A program made the translations under genes and the position numbers. The notes under the pieces were generated by a model. It did not search any database. It had not been told where the DNA came from and saw nothing but the letters and a program-made list of their open reading frames with translations. Shown here one piece after another: positions 8,177 to 18,558 of a stretch of DNA of 64,000 nt. Each line of letters opens with the position of its first letter. Position 1 is the first letter of the stretch. The stretch comes from Arcobacteraceae bacterium (GTDB taxonomy: Bacteria > Campylobacterota > Campylobacteria > Campylobacterales > Arcobacteraceae), in the NCBI GenBank assembly GCA_965224485.1, contig CBDCZH010000015.1, positions 64,001 through 128,000 on the forward strand, read 5' to 3'.

Positions 8177-11100
8177 ATGAAGAAAATATTATTTCTAATA
8201 CTAATACTATTTAGCATAAATTCTTATGCTAAAACAGATATGCTGATATTTAGTACTACAATGGGAAAAGCTCCTCAAGCTTCAAAAGCGAATGAGCTTA
8301 TTGCTGTTGCAAAAAAAAATAATTTAAATATTGTTTTTAAATTTGAAAATGAAATTAAACAAGATGAATTATTAAAAGAATTTAATAAATATAAAATTAT
8401 AATGTTTGACTCCCTTGCTGGTTCACGTGGAATCAATTCTTTATTAGAAAAATATTCAAGTACTTTAAAACTTTTAAATAAAGATACAGTAATTATTCCT
8501 ATTTCACTAGAAGATGAAAATCCATATAGAAAAAATATATCAATTAAGCAAAATATTGATTTAAATAAGTACTGGTATAACGGAGGAAAACATAATTTCA
8601 AAAACTTTTCAATTTATCTAAATACTGAAATTTTGGAAAGAAGTACTAATACATATGAGAAAGCTATGGTTATTCCAAAAGAAGGGATATATCATCCAAA
8701 AAATCCAAAAATTGTTTTTTCTTCTTTAGAAGAGTATGCAAAGTTTTTTAAAATAGATTTAGAAAAACCATCAAAACCACTAATTGCTATAGGTTTACAT
8801 AGAGGTTCACTTGTTTCAAATGCCTTAGAACATATAAATGAAATGATAAATTATTTAGAAAACAAAGGTTATCAGACAATTCCATATTTTACTGATATTA
8901 CGGGAGATGATTTTGTTGGAAATAAATTTTTAAGATATAAAAATAAAACGATTGTTGATGTAGTTATTAATTTTCAAATTATGATAATTGATCATGAAAG
9001 TTTAAAAGACAAATATAAAAACTTAAATGTACCTATTTTACATGCTTTATATTATAGTGAAGGTGATGAAGAAATATGGAGAGATGATAATGTAGGGGTT
9101 AAGTTTCCTATGATTGCTATGAGTTTTATTATTCCTGAGACTTTAGGTTATACAGATGGATTAATCATAGCAGCTCAAGATAAAAAAACAAAAAAACTAA
9201 TGCCAATTAAAGAACAATTATACTCTTTAGCAAATAAAGCAATAAATATTTCAAAGTTAAAGCAAAAAAGTAATAAAGATAAAAATATTGCAATTATGTA
9301 TTATAACTATCCTGCTGGAATTAATAATATGGGAGCATCATTTTTAAATACTCCAAGAACATTAGAACTCTTATTAAAAAATATGAAAAACAAGGGTTAT
9401 ACAACTATTTTAAAAGACTCAACTTGGTTTGAAAAAGAAGCTACAAAATCTTTAAAGGCATATTATGAAAAAGGTCATGATGCCCAGATGTTAAAAGATG
9501 ATGTTGCTGCTTTATATCCTTATGATAAATATATTAAATATTTTAGAGCCCTACCTTTAAAAACACAAAAAATTATAAACAAAGCTTGGAAAAGTCCAAG
9601 ATATTCTAAAATGATTACAAGAGTAAATGGAAAAAGATATTTTCTAATTCCAAGAATAAAATTAGGAAACTTAGTAATTTTACCACAACCAAGAAGAGGT
9701 GAGAGAGTTGATAAATTAAGCTTAAAACTTAAAAAACTAAAAGATGAAGATACATCTTTGTGGCATAATCAAAAAGTTCCTGTAAATCACTCTTATTTAG
9801 CTTCATACCTTTATATTAAAGAAGCTTTTAAGGCTGATGCTTTGGTTCATTTAGGAACACATGGAACACAAGAATGGATGCCTGGAAAAGAGAGAGGATT
9901 AAGTGTTTATGACTCAGCTTTATTGCCTTTAGGAGATTTAGTTGTAGTTTATCCTTATATTACAAATAATGTAGCTGAAGCCATGCAAGCAAAAAGAAGA
10001 GGAAGAGCAACACTAATTTCTCATCAAACTCCACCTTTTTCAATTTCTGGAACGTATAAAGAAGTTGGAGAAATAATGGACTATATTAATCAATACAAAA
10101 GTGTTGATGATGGTATGTTAGCCAGTAAACTAAAAGAACAAATCACAAATTTAAGCTTAAAACTTAGTATGAATAAAGATATAGAATTTACTAAAGAAGA
10201 TATAAACAAAGATTTTTCTAAATATCTTTCAAAAATAGAAGATTATATTTTAGGAATGAGTGGAAGTGCTCAACCTTTAGGTATGCATACCTTTGGAACT
10301 TATCCTAAAGAAGAGTATTTAATTACTACTATTATGCAAATGCTTGGAAAAGATTTTTTAAAAAAAGCAGATGGAGAACTTTATTTTTCAAAAGATTATA
10401 AAGAAATTACTAAATCAAAAGCATATATATTTGTAAAAAACTATGCACTTGATAAAAAAGATACTAAAGATTTAGATAATAAAGAATTACTTGTTTATTT
10501 AGAACTTGCAAAAGAGTATATACATAATTTCAAAACAAATAAAGAGACAAAAAATCTTTTAAGAGCGTTAGAAGGTGAGTTTATTGAAACTGGTATTGGA
10601 GGAGATCCTATAAGAAATCCTAAATCAGTTCCTACTGGAAAAAATATGTATGGTTTTGACCCTACAAAAATTCCAACTAAAGCAGCTTATGAAACTGGTA
10701 AAAAACTTATGAAAGATTTTATTGAGAATTATTATGATGAACATGGTAAATATCCTACAAAATTAACATTTAATCTATGGTCTTTAGAGTCAATGAGACA
10801 TTATGGTGTTTTAGAATCACAAATATTATATGCAATGGGAGTTAAACCTATTTGGAATGAAACAGGAATTTCTAATAGTTTTATTCAAAATATTGTAAAA
10901 CAATTCTTACAAAACTATCTAGGAGATAGTTTAGCAGGCTTTTTCTCAAAAGCAGTTACTATGCAAAGAATTGAATTTTTATTGGGTTTAACACCTGATT
11001 CTTGGCTTCTAAAACCTAAAAAAATGCTAAGACATGCAGCTAAAGTTCATAAAGGAACGGTAGAAGATGTTGAGATCATTCCTTATAGCCAGTTAAAACG

Positions 11101-12304
11101 TCCTCGAATTGATACTGTTATTTCAGTAACTGGTTTATATAGAGATACTTTTCCACAAGCTATGTTAGTTTTAGCAAAAGCAGTTGAAAAAGTGGCTGCT
11201 TTAAAAGAAGACAATAATTATTTACGAATAAATACTTTAAATATACAACAAGAGCTTAAAAAACAAGGTCTTAAAAGAGATGATATAAAAAGATTATCAA
11301 CTATTAGAATATTTTCAAATAAAACAGGTTCTTATGGTTCTGGAATTGCAGATATTGATGATACTGATAAATGGGATGATGAGAGTAGATTAACTGATAA
11401 TTATTTTGAAACAAGAGGTTATTATTTTGGTTCTGATACTAAATATTGGAATGAAAAAATGCCAAAAGTTGACTTATATGCTAAGAATTTAAGTGGAACA
11501 CAAAGTGTAATTTTTTCAAGAACTTCAAATCTTTATGGTTTATTAACTTCTGATGACCCTTATGGATATTTTGGAGCAATTTCTTTAGCAATTAGAAAAC
11601 TTGATGGAACAAATCCTAAAACTTATATAAGTAATTTAAGAGATCCAAATAATGCAAGACTTCAAAGTACGGCTGAGTTTATGAGTCAAGAGTTAAGAAG
11701 TAGATATTTTCATCCAAAATGGATAAAAGCTATGAAAGAAGAAGGTTATTCTGGAACAACTGGAGTTTTAGATGTAGTTAAAAACTTTTGGGGTTGGCAA
11801 GTTGTTGATCCAAGTGTTGTAAGAGATGACCAATGGAATGAGTTTGTTGAAGTTTATATTGACGATAAATATAACTTAGATTTAAAAGAGTGGTTTACAA
11901 AAAATAATCCAGATTCTTTAGCTCAAATTGTTGAAAAAATGACAGAAGCTTATAGAAAAGGTTATTGGAAAGCAGATGAAAAAACTATAAAAAAACTCTT
12001 AGAATTATATAAAGAATTAGAAAACAAATATAAGGTTAAATCTTATAACTTAGATTTCAATGAGTTTAAAAAGAAGGCTTCTTTAGGTTTTGGACTTGCA
12101 AGTTTACAAAAAATTGCAAAAAATACAAATCAAAGTGAAAAAGCAAAACAAGCCTTAAAACCAAAACCAAAAGTTAAGGGTCAAAAACTAGAAAAAATAC
12201 AAAAACAGGAGATGAAAAAAGATTATGTAAATGAAATAATAATAGCTTTCTTTTTATTATTATTATCATTTGGATTTATTTATGAGTTGAAAAAAGAGGA
12301 TTAA
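8177..12304 (+). CDS. CobN/Mg-chelatase H family protein, paralog 1 (HmuS-like), exported with C-terminal TM anchor
   Basis: YYNYPAG, PQPRRG, HLGTHGTQEW, AKRRG, PTGKN, RPRID, GLYRD, ELRSRYFHPKWI, FWGWQV; AAAGG SD favours ATG 8177; signal peptide. Confidence 0.92.
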   Translation: MKKILFLILILFSINSYAKTDMLIFSTTMGKAPQASKANELIAVAKKNNLNIVFKFENEIKQDELLKEFNKYKIIMFDSLAGSRGINSLLEKYSSTLKLLNKDTVIIPISLEDENPYRKNISIKQNIDLNKYWYNGGKHNFKNFSIYLNTEILERSTNTYEKAMVIPKEGIYHPKNPKIVFSSLEEYAKFFKIDLEKPSKPLIAIGLHRGSLVSNALEHINEMINYLENKGYQTIPYFTDITGDDFVGNKFLRYKNKTIVDVVINFQIMIIDHESLKDKYKNLNVPILHALYYSEGDEEIWRDDNVGVKFPMIAMSFIIPETLGYTDGLIIAAQDKKTKKLMPIKEQLYSLANKAINISKLKQKSNKDKNIAIMYYNYPAGINNMGASFLNTPRTLELLLKNMKNKGYTTILKDSTWFEKEATKSLKAYYEKGHDAQMLKDDVAALYPYDKYIKYFRALPLKTQKIINKAWKSPRYSKMITRVNGKRYFLIPRIKLGNLVILPQPRRGERVDKLSLKLKKLKDEDTSLWHNQKVPVNHSYLASYLYIKEAFKADALVHLGTHGTQEWMPGKERGLSVYDSALLPLGDLVVVYPYITNNVAEAMQAKRRGRATLISHQTPPFSISGTYKEVGEIMDYINQYKSVDDGMLASKLKEQITNLSLKLSMNKDIEFTKEDINKDFSKYLSKIEDYILGMSGSAQPLGMHTFGTYPKEEYLITTIMQMLGKDFLKKADGELYFSKDYKEITKSKAYIFVKNYALDKKDTKDLDNKELLVYLELAKEYIHNFKTNKETKNLLRALEGEFIETGIGGDPIRNPKSVPTGKNMYGFDPTKIPTKAAYETGKKLMKDFIENYYDEHGKYPTKLTFNLWSLESMRHYGVLESQILYAMGVKPIWNETGISNSFIQNIVKQFLQNYLGDSLAGFFSKAVTMQRIEFLLGLTPDSWLLKPKKMLRHAAKVHKGTVEDVEIIPYSQLKRPRIDTVISVTGLYRDTFPQAMLVLAKAVEKVAALKEDNNYLRINTLNIQQELKKQGLKRDDIKRLSTIRIFSNKTGSYGSGIADIDDTDKWDDESRLTDNYFETRGYYFGSDTKYWNEKMPKVDLYAKNLSGTQSVIFSRTSNLYGLLTSDDPYGYFGAISLAIRKLDGTNPKTYISNLRDPNNARLQSTAEFMSQELRSRYFHPKWIKAMKEEGYSGTTGVLDVVKNFWGWQVVDPSVVRDDQWNEFVEVYIDDKYNLDLKEWFTKNNPDSLAQIVEKMTEAYRKGYWKADEKTIKKLLELYKELENKYKVKSYNLDFNEFKKKASLGFGLASLQKIAKNTNQSEKAKQALKPKPKVKGQKLEKIQKQEMKKDYVNEIIIAFFLLLLSFGFIYELKKED

Positions 12305-12317
12305 TCCTCTTTTTTTT
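12290..12317 (+). terminator. intrinsic terminator after CobN-like 1
   Basis: AAAAAAGAGGATT/AATCCTCTTTTTT palindrome with T run. Confidence 0.75.
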
Positions 12318-12354
12318 AAGTATTGAATGATATTAACTATTAAAATTAATATCA
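12316..12354 (+). promoter_or_regulatory. promoter with two overlapping weak Fur-like boxes upstream of the receptor gene
   Basis: TTAAG 12316, TAAAAT 12341; TGATATTAACTATTA (12328) and TTAAAATTAATATCA (12340), 3 mismatches each. Confidence 0.5.
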
Positions 12355-12368
12355 TTAAAAGGGAAAAA

Positions 12369-14309
12369 ATGAAAAACAAGCTTATTAAAAACATTGCACT
12401 TAGTGCAGTTTTAGCCTCATCACTATTCGCAAGTGATAACTTAGATAATGTAGTAGTAACTGCAAAATCAAATCAATCAATTGCAGATACAGCGGGTAGT
12501 ATCTCAATTGTAACGGCAAAAGACATCTCAAAAATGCATGCTTCTTCTGTTCAAGATATTTTAGAAGAAGTTGTAGGTGTTAATATGAGTGTAAACGATA
12601 GTACTTTTGGTGGTAGGGAATCAATTTCTATAAGAGGAACAGCTAGTAAGCATACATTAATTTTAATTGATGGAAAAATTGTATCAGGAAGCGATGCACA
12701 GATTGGGCATTCAGATTTCCAATATAACTGGCTTCCAATTAGTACTATTAGTAAAATAGAAATTATTAAAGGTCCAATGAGTTCAATTTATGGTTCACAA
12801 GCAATTGGTGGAGTAATTAACATCATAACAAAGAAAAATAATAAAAAGATATATGGTGATGTTGATGTTACAATTGGTAATAATAATCAATCAGGAGGAA
12901 CTGAAAGAGATATCTCTTTTAATATTGGTGGAAAAGTTTTTGATAAACTTTCTATGACTTTAGCCTTACAAAAAAAAGAAATTGACCCTGTTATAAAAGA
13001 GGATAATGCTAAATTATATGACAGAGAAGGTAAAAGAATTAAAAATGCAATGTTAGGTTTTAACTTTGACATTGATGATACACAAGAAATCTCAGCATCT
13101 TATTTAAAAGGTAAAGAGATTAGAAGTTTTACAACTGTAAATAGAAGAACAAAGGCAGTTATACTAAGAGATGAATATTATGACATTGATAAAAGTAATT
13201 ATTCTTTAGGATATTTAAAAAGATTCCAAGATATTACAATGGATTTGAAATATTATGTAACAAAATCTGACTCACATACGGATGAACATCAATATACACA
13301 TAAATTAAAAAACAGTGTTTTAAATACAGAGTTTAAAATTGATAGTTTTGATAAACACTTTATAGTTGCTGGTTTAGAATATAGAAAAGAGTCATATAAT
13401 AAAGCTTATGATAATAAGCTAACTTCAAAAGGGAAAGCAACTGTTGATTTTAAAGATGATATTACATACAAATCAGTTTATTTACAAGATGAAATTGAAG
13501 TAAATTCTAAATTAATATTAACTTTAGGAGCAAGATATGATAAACACGAAAAATTTGGAGGAGAATTAAGTCCTAAAGCAAATATAGTTTATAAACTTGA
13601 TTCAAATAACAGATTAAAAGCTGGTTATGGGCATGGTTTTAGTGCACCAACTGTAACAAAAAACTCATCTGCTTACTCATTTAGTGGTGCACATGTTTTT
13701 ATGGGTAATGATGATTTAAAACCTGAAGTTTCTGATACTTTTGAACTTGGATATGAGTATCAAAAAGATAAAAAATTATTTAAGTCAACAATTTATCATA
13801 CAAAAATAAAAGATTTAATTGAAGGTTTAAAAATTGGTGAGAATAAAATACCAACGGGGCCTGGTACGTTTTACACACAAGATATTCACAAATATTCAAA
13901 TATAGGACAAGTTACTATTAATGGACTTGAACTTGAATATACACAAAAAGAAATTTTAAAAGACTTAGATTTTAATATTGGATATAACTTTATTAAAACA
14001 AAAAATAAAGATACTGGAAAAGAATTAACTGCTAGACCAAAACATAATTTAAATTTAAAATTATCTTATGCTCTTGATTATAAAATTAATGCTGATGCAA
14101 GACTTAATTATACAGGAGTTCAAAAAGGTGACGAAAATAAGACTTTAAGTGGATATACAACAGCTTCTGTTCAATTATCTAAAGAATTTGCAAAAAATCT
14201 TACTGCTAGAATTGGAATTGAGAACTTAATGGATAAAAAATTATCTGATGATTTCAACTATCAATTAAAAGGAAGATTACTTTATTTAGGAATAAATTAC
14301 AAATTTTAG
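12369..14309 (+). CDS. TonB-dependent outer-membrane receptor, probably heme/metalloporphyrin
   Basis: TonB box region DNVVVTA, plug IRG..LILIDG, IEIIKGPMSSIYG; plug His (QIGHSD); His between FSAP and GNDDLKPE; C-terminal YKF; SD favours ATG 12369. Confidence 0.9.
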   Translation: MKNKLIKNIALSAVLASSLFASDNLDNVVVTAKSNQSIADTAGSISIVTAKDISKMHASSVQDILEEVVGVNMSVNDSTFGGRESISIRGTASKHTLILIDGKIVSGSDAQIGHSDFQYNWLPISTISKIEIIKGPMSSIYGSQAIGGVINIITKKNNKKIYGDVDVTIGNNNQSGGTERDISFNIGGKVFDKLSMTLALQKKEIDPVIKEDNAKLYDREGKRIKNAMLGFNFDIDDTQEISASYLKGKEIRSFTTVNRRTKAVILRDEYYDIDKSNYSLGYLKRFQDITMDLKYYVTKSDSHTDEHQYTHKLKNSVLNTEFKIDSFDKHFIVAGLEYRKESYNKAYDNKLTSKGKATVDFKDDITYKSVYLQDEIEVNSKLILTLGARYDKHEKFGGELSPKANIVYKLDSNNRLKAGYGHGFSAPTVTKNSSAYSFSGAHVFMGNDDLKPEVSDTFELGYEYQKDKKLFKSTIYHTKIKDLIEGLKIGENKIPTGPGTFYTQDIHKYSNIGQVTINGLELEYTQKEILKDLDFNIGYNFIKTKNKDTGKELTARPKHNLNLKLSYALDYKINADARLNYTGVQKGDENKTLSGYTTASVQLSKEFAKNLTARIGIENLMDKKLSDDFNYQLKGRLLYLGINYKF

Positions 14310-14315
14310 TCACTA

Positions 14316-14340
14316 ACTCTTGACCTCTTGGGTCAAGAGT
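14316..14340 (+). promoter_or_regulatory. intergenic stem-loop without U-tail
   Basis: ACTCTTGACC-TCTTG-GGTCAAGAGT. Confidence 0.55.
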
Positions 14341-14361
14341 ATAAAAAGGAAAAAATACTTA

Positions 14362-17300
14362 ATGAAAAAAATACTATTAATACTAACTCTTATTTCATGT
14401 TTTTTATTTGCTCAAGAAAAAAAAGTGCTTATAATTTCAACTGCTATGGCAAAATCATCACAAGATGCAAAGTTATCATTTATTAAAAATGAAGCTAAAA
14501 AAATAAATCTTATACTTGATTATAAATTTTTTGATGAAATTACACCAAGAGATAAAGCAGATAAACTTTTACAAAGCAAAAAAAATAAAAAAGATGAATT
14601 AAGAGAAGCTAGATTCTCACTATTAGGTCAATATGATTTAGTTATTTTTGACTCACTTGCCGGTGTGTCTTCTTTAAAAAGAATGTTAGATAACTTTGAT
14701 GATATAGTTGAAACCTTAGATAATATAAAAATATTACCTCTTATAAAAACAGATGAAAATCCTTATTTAAGAAACATTTCAAAAGAAAATAGTGATTTAA
14801 TTTATGATTATTGGAGAAATGGAGGTAAAACAAATACTCAAAATATGCTTTTATATATTAAGAATAATATTTTGCAAAAGAAAAATCTAAAAATAGATGC
14901 TCCTGTTATTTTACCTAAAAGTGGAATATATCACCCTTCTTACCCAGACCTAATTTTTTCTTCAACAAAAGAGTATTTTGAATATTTTAATATTGATAGA
15001 AAGAAACCAATAGTTGCTTTAACATTTTCAAGAAACTCAATAGTATCAAATATTTTAGACCCAATTAATTATTTAATTAAAGAACTTGAAAACAAAAATG
15101 CAACTCCTTTGGCTTATTATTTTGAATCTACTAAAGATGATGCTATTGGTTTTAAGTTTTTAAGAGAAAATAATAAAACTATAGCAAACTCTTTAGTAGT
15201 ATTCTCATCTTTTATTATGGATGATGGAAGTATGAAAAAAGCCTATGATAAACTAAATATTCCAATTTTACATGGTATTTATTATAGACAAGGAGACCAA
15301 AAAGAGTGGGAAAATAGTAAAGAAGGTTTAGCTTTTGGTTCAATTGCTATGCAGTATATTGTTCCTGAGACTCTTGGATATACAGATAGTTTAGTAATAG
15401 CCGCACAAGAGAAAATAACAAAAGAGATAAAAACAATAAGTTATCAAATGGACTCATTTGCCCTAAAAGCAATTAATTTAGCAAAATTGGGAATAACTAA
15501 AAATAAGAATAAAAAAATAGCACTTATGTATTATGGTGGAGGAATTAATTCTATTGGAGCATCTGGTTTAAATATTCCTAAAACTATTGAGAAGTTTCTA
15601 AAAGATTTAAAAGAAAAAGGATATGATACTAAACTTAAAGATGCTGCTTGGTTTGAGAAGCAAGGACCAAAAACACTTTTAGCCTATCATAGTAAAAATC
15701 AAGAAGAAAAAATGTTAAATGAAAATGCAGCAGATCTTTTTCCTTATGATAAATATATAAAATTTTTTAGAAAACTTCCTATATCTTTACAAAAATCTAT
15801 TAATAAAACACATAAAAGTGCAAGATTTTCAAAAATGATTGTATGGAAAAACAATAAAAGATATTTTTTAATACCTAGAATCAAGCTTGGCAATATTATT
15901 TTAATGCCACAACCAAATGCAGAAAGAGTTGATAAAAATAAAAATAAAATAAAAATGTTAGAAGATATTAGTATAAGTGAAGAAAAAGAAGATATTCATA
16001 ATACTAGTGTTCCAATTTCTCACTCTTATTTAGCCTCATATTTATATGTGCGAGAACAATTTAAAGCAAATGCAATAATTCATTTAGGAACACATGGAAC
16101 AGTAGAGTGGACTTATGGAAAAGCTAGAGGACTTAGTATTTATGATAGCCCTATTTTAGCCCTTGGTTCTTTACCTCATTTTTATCCATATATTATGAAT
16201 AATGTTGCTGAGACTTTACAAGTAAAAAGAAGAGCAAGAGGAGTAGTTTTATCACACCAAACCCCTCCTTTTGCACTAAGTGGAACATATAATGAAATAA
16301 GTGAAATAAATGAACTTGTAAATCAATATGAAATAGTTACAAAAGGTTTAATACAAGAAAAAGTTAAAAAACAAATTATAGACAAAGTAGTAAAACTAAA
16401 TATTCATAAAGATATGGAAGAAAGCCTTGAAGAAATAAACGAAGATTTTGAGCATTTTTTACATGAACTTGAAGAGTATATTGAAGAAACTTCTTCTTTA
16501 GCTCAACCAATTGGTTTACATGTATTTGGAACTAATGCAAATAATAAAAATCTTACAACAACAATAATACAAATGTTAGGTAAAGAGTTTTTACAAAAAG
16601 CAAATGGCGAAGACTATGCTAAAAAAGATTACAAAGATTTTGACAAATCTAAAGCATATAAACTAATAAATGATTATGTAATAAATAATAAAGACCTAAA
16701 AAATCTAAAAGAAGAAGAGTTTAAATTTTATATAAAAGAAGCTAGAAAATTTAAAAAACTTTTTGTAGATCAAAAAGAGAGTATTAATTTATTTAGAGCC
16801 TTAAATGGTGAGCATATTAAAAGTGGTACAGGAGGAGGACCTATTAGAAACCCAGAGTCACTTCCTACTGGAATAAATATTGTTAGTTTTGATCCAAGTA
16901 AAGTTCCTTCTAAAGCTGCTTATGAAACAGGTGAAGTTTTAATGAAAGACTTTATAGCTGATTATTATTTAAAAAATTCAAAATATCCTAGTAAACTTAC
17001 CTTTAATTTATGGGGTTTAGAAACTGTACGACATCATGGGGTTATGGAAGCTCAAATCATGGCAGCTATTGGAGTAAGACCTATATGGAATGAAAACGGA
17101 GTTTCAAATACTTTTATGCAAGGTATGTTAAGAGATGTATTATCTTCATATATAGGAGATACTATTGCTAAATGGATATCTACTAAAATCACTTTAAATG
17201 GAATTGAATATATTTTAAACTTAACACCAGATACTTGGCTTATTAAAGCTAAAAAAGTTATAAAAACCTTTGCTAGTAATGGACGAGGAAGAGTAAGAGA

Positions 17301-18534
17301 TGTTGAGATCATTCCATATAGCAAGCTAAAACGTCCAAGAATTGATGTTGTTTTATCAGTTACTGGACTTTACAGAGATACCTTTCCAGGAACCATGAAA
17401 CTACTTGCAAAAGCGATTAATAAAGTTGCCACATTAAAAGAAGAAACAAATTATATTTACCTAAATGCAAATAATTTAAAAAACCAACTTATAAAAAAGG
17501 GATTAAAAGAAGAGGAAGCACTAAGATTATCTACTATTAGAATTTTTTCAAATAAAACAGGAAATTATGGTTCTGGTGTTGATGAAATTCAAGAAAGTGG
17601 TAAATGGGAAAGTTCTGATGTTATTACAAAGAAATATTTTAAAACTAGAGGTTATTATTTTGGAGCAAATGAAGATAAATGGAATGAGCAAAGAAATGAT
17701 ATTAACTTATTTGGAAATAACTTAAGTGGCTCACAAGGTGTAATATTTTCAAGATCATCTAATCTTTATGGTTTATTAACTTCTGATGATCCTTATGGTT
17801 TATTTGGTTCTTTATCTTTAGCTATCAAAAAACTTGATGGAACAAACCCTAAAACTTACATAACTAATTTAAGAGACCCAAATAATGCTAAAATACAAAC
17901 AACAGCTAAATTTATGGCTCAAGAACTAAGAAGTCGTTATTTTCATCCAAATTGGATTAAAAATATGAAAAAAGAGGGAAGTTCAGGAGCTGGTGAAATT
18001 TCAAGTGTTGTATCGAATTTTTGGGGTTGGCAAGTTGTTGATCCTGATGTTGTAAGAGATGATCAGTGGAAAGAGTTTGTTGATGTTTATATTGAAGATA
18101 AATATAACTTAGATTTACAAAAGTGGTTTAAAGAAAAAAATCCACAAGCTTTAGCTAATATGTTAGAAAAAATGACAGAAGCTTATAGAAAAGATTATTG
18201 GAATGCTGATGCGAAAACTATTAAAAAGCTTATAGAACTTTATGAAGAATTAGAAAAAGACTATAAGGTAAAAACTTTTAACTTAAAATTTAAAGAGTTT
18301 AAGAAAAAAGCAGCACAAGGATTTGGATTAGCAAGCTTAAGACAAAGCGCACAAATGAAAAAAGAGACAAAACAAGCAAAAGAAGCAGAAATGCAAAAAC
18401 AAATAAAAGGTCAAAAGTTAGAGAAACAAGCAATACATAAAGAAAAAGAAGACTATACAACATACCTTGTTTTACTATTTCTATTTTCTATTATTTTTAC
18501 TGGTTTGTTTTATGGATATAAAAAAGAAGATTAA
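14362..18534 (+). CDS. CobN/Mg-chelatase H family protein, paralog 2 (HmuS-like), exported with C-terminal TM anchor
   Basis: HLGTHGTVEW, PTGIN, RPRIDVV, GLYRD, ELRSRYFHPNWI, FWGWQV; colinear with paralog 1; AAGGA SD favours ATG 14362. Confidence 0.92.
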   Translation: MKKILLILTLISCFLFAQEKKVLIISTAMAKSSQDAKLSFIKNEAKKINLILDYKFFDEITPRDKADKLLQSKKNKKDELREARFSLLGQYDLVIFDSLAGVSSLKRMLDNFDDIVETLDNIKILPLIKTDENPYLRNISKENSDLIYDYWRNGGKTNTQNMLLYIKNNILQKKNLKIDAPVILPKSGIYHPSYPDLIFSSTKEYFEYFNIDRKKPIVALTFSRNSIVSNILDPINYLIKELENKNATPLAYYFESTKDDAIGFKFLRENNKTIANSLVVFSSFIMDDGSMKKAYDKLNIPILHGIYYRQGDQKEWENSKEGLAFGSIAMQYIVPETLGYTDSLVIAAQEKITKEIKTISYQMDSFALKAINLAKLGITKNKNKKIALMYYGGGINSIGASGLNIPKTIEKFLKDLKEKGYDTKLKDAAWFEKQGPKTLLAYHSKNQEEKMLNENAADLFPYDKYIKFFRKLPISLQKSINKTHKSARFSKMIVWKNNKRYFLIPRIKLGNIILMPQPNAERVDKNKNKIKMLEDISISEEKEDIHNTSVPISHSYLASYLYVREQFKANAIIHLGTHGTVEWTYGKARGLSIYDSPILALGSLPHFYPYIMNNVAETLQVKRRARGVVLSHQTPPFALSGTYNEISEINELVNQYEIVTKGLIQEKVKKQIIDKVVKLNIHKDMEESLEEINEDFEHFLHELEEYIEETSSLAQPIGLHVFGTNANNKNLTTTIIQMLGKEFLQKANGEDYAKKDYKDFDKSKAYKLINDYVINNKDLKNLKEEEFKFYIKEARKFKKLFVDQKESINLFRALNGEHIKSGTGGGPIRNPESLPTGINIVSFDPSKVPSKAAYETGEVLMKDFIADYYLKNSKYPSKLTFNLWGLETVRHHGVMEAQIMAAIGVRPIWNENGVSNTFMQGMLRDVLSSYIGDTIAKWISTKITLNGIEYILNLTPDTWLIKAKKVIKTFASNGRGRVRDVEIIPYSKLKRPRIDVVLSVTGLYRDTFPGTMKLLAKAINKVATLKEETNYIYLNANNLKNQLIKKGLKEEEALRLSTIRIFSNKTGNYGSGVDEIQESGKWESSDVITKKYFKTRGYYFGANEDKWNEQRNDINLFGNNLSGSQGVIFSRSSNLYGLLTSDDPYGLFGSLSLAIKKLDGTNPKTYITNLRDPNNAKIQTTAKFMAQELRSRYFHPNWIKNMKKEGSSGAGEISSVVSNFWGWQVVDPDVVRDDQWKEFVDVYIEDKYNLDLQKWFKEKNPQALANMLEKMTEAYRKDYWNADAKTIKKLIELYEELEKDYKVKTFNLKFKEFKKKAAQGFGLASLRQSAQMKKETKQAKEAEMQKQIKGQKLEKQAIHKEKEDYTTYLVLLFLFSIIFTGLFYGYKKED

Positions 18535-18558
18535 AATAAAAAAATAAAAAGAAGAAAA

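Noticed and set aside
8177..18534. Annotation as cobalamin-biosynthetic cobaltochelatase cobN
   Set aside because: Signal peptides, TM anchors, Fur boxes and no cobS/cobT or other cob genes in the window; gene symbol withheld
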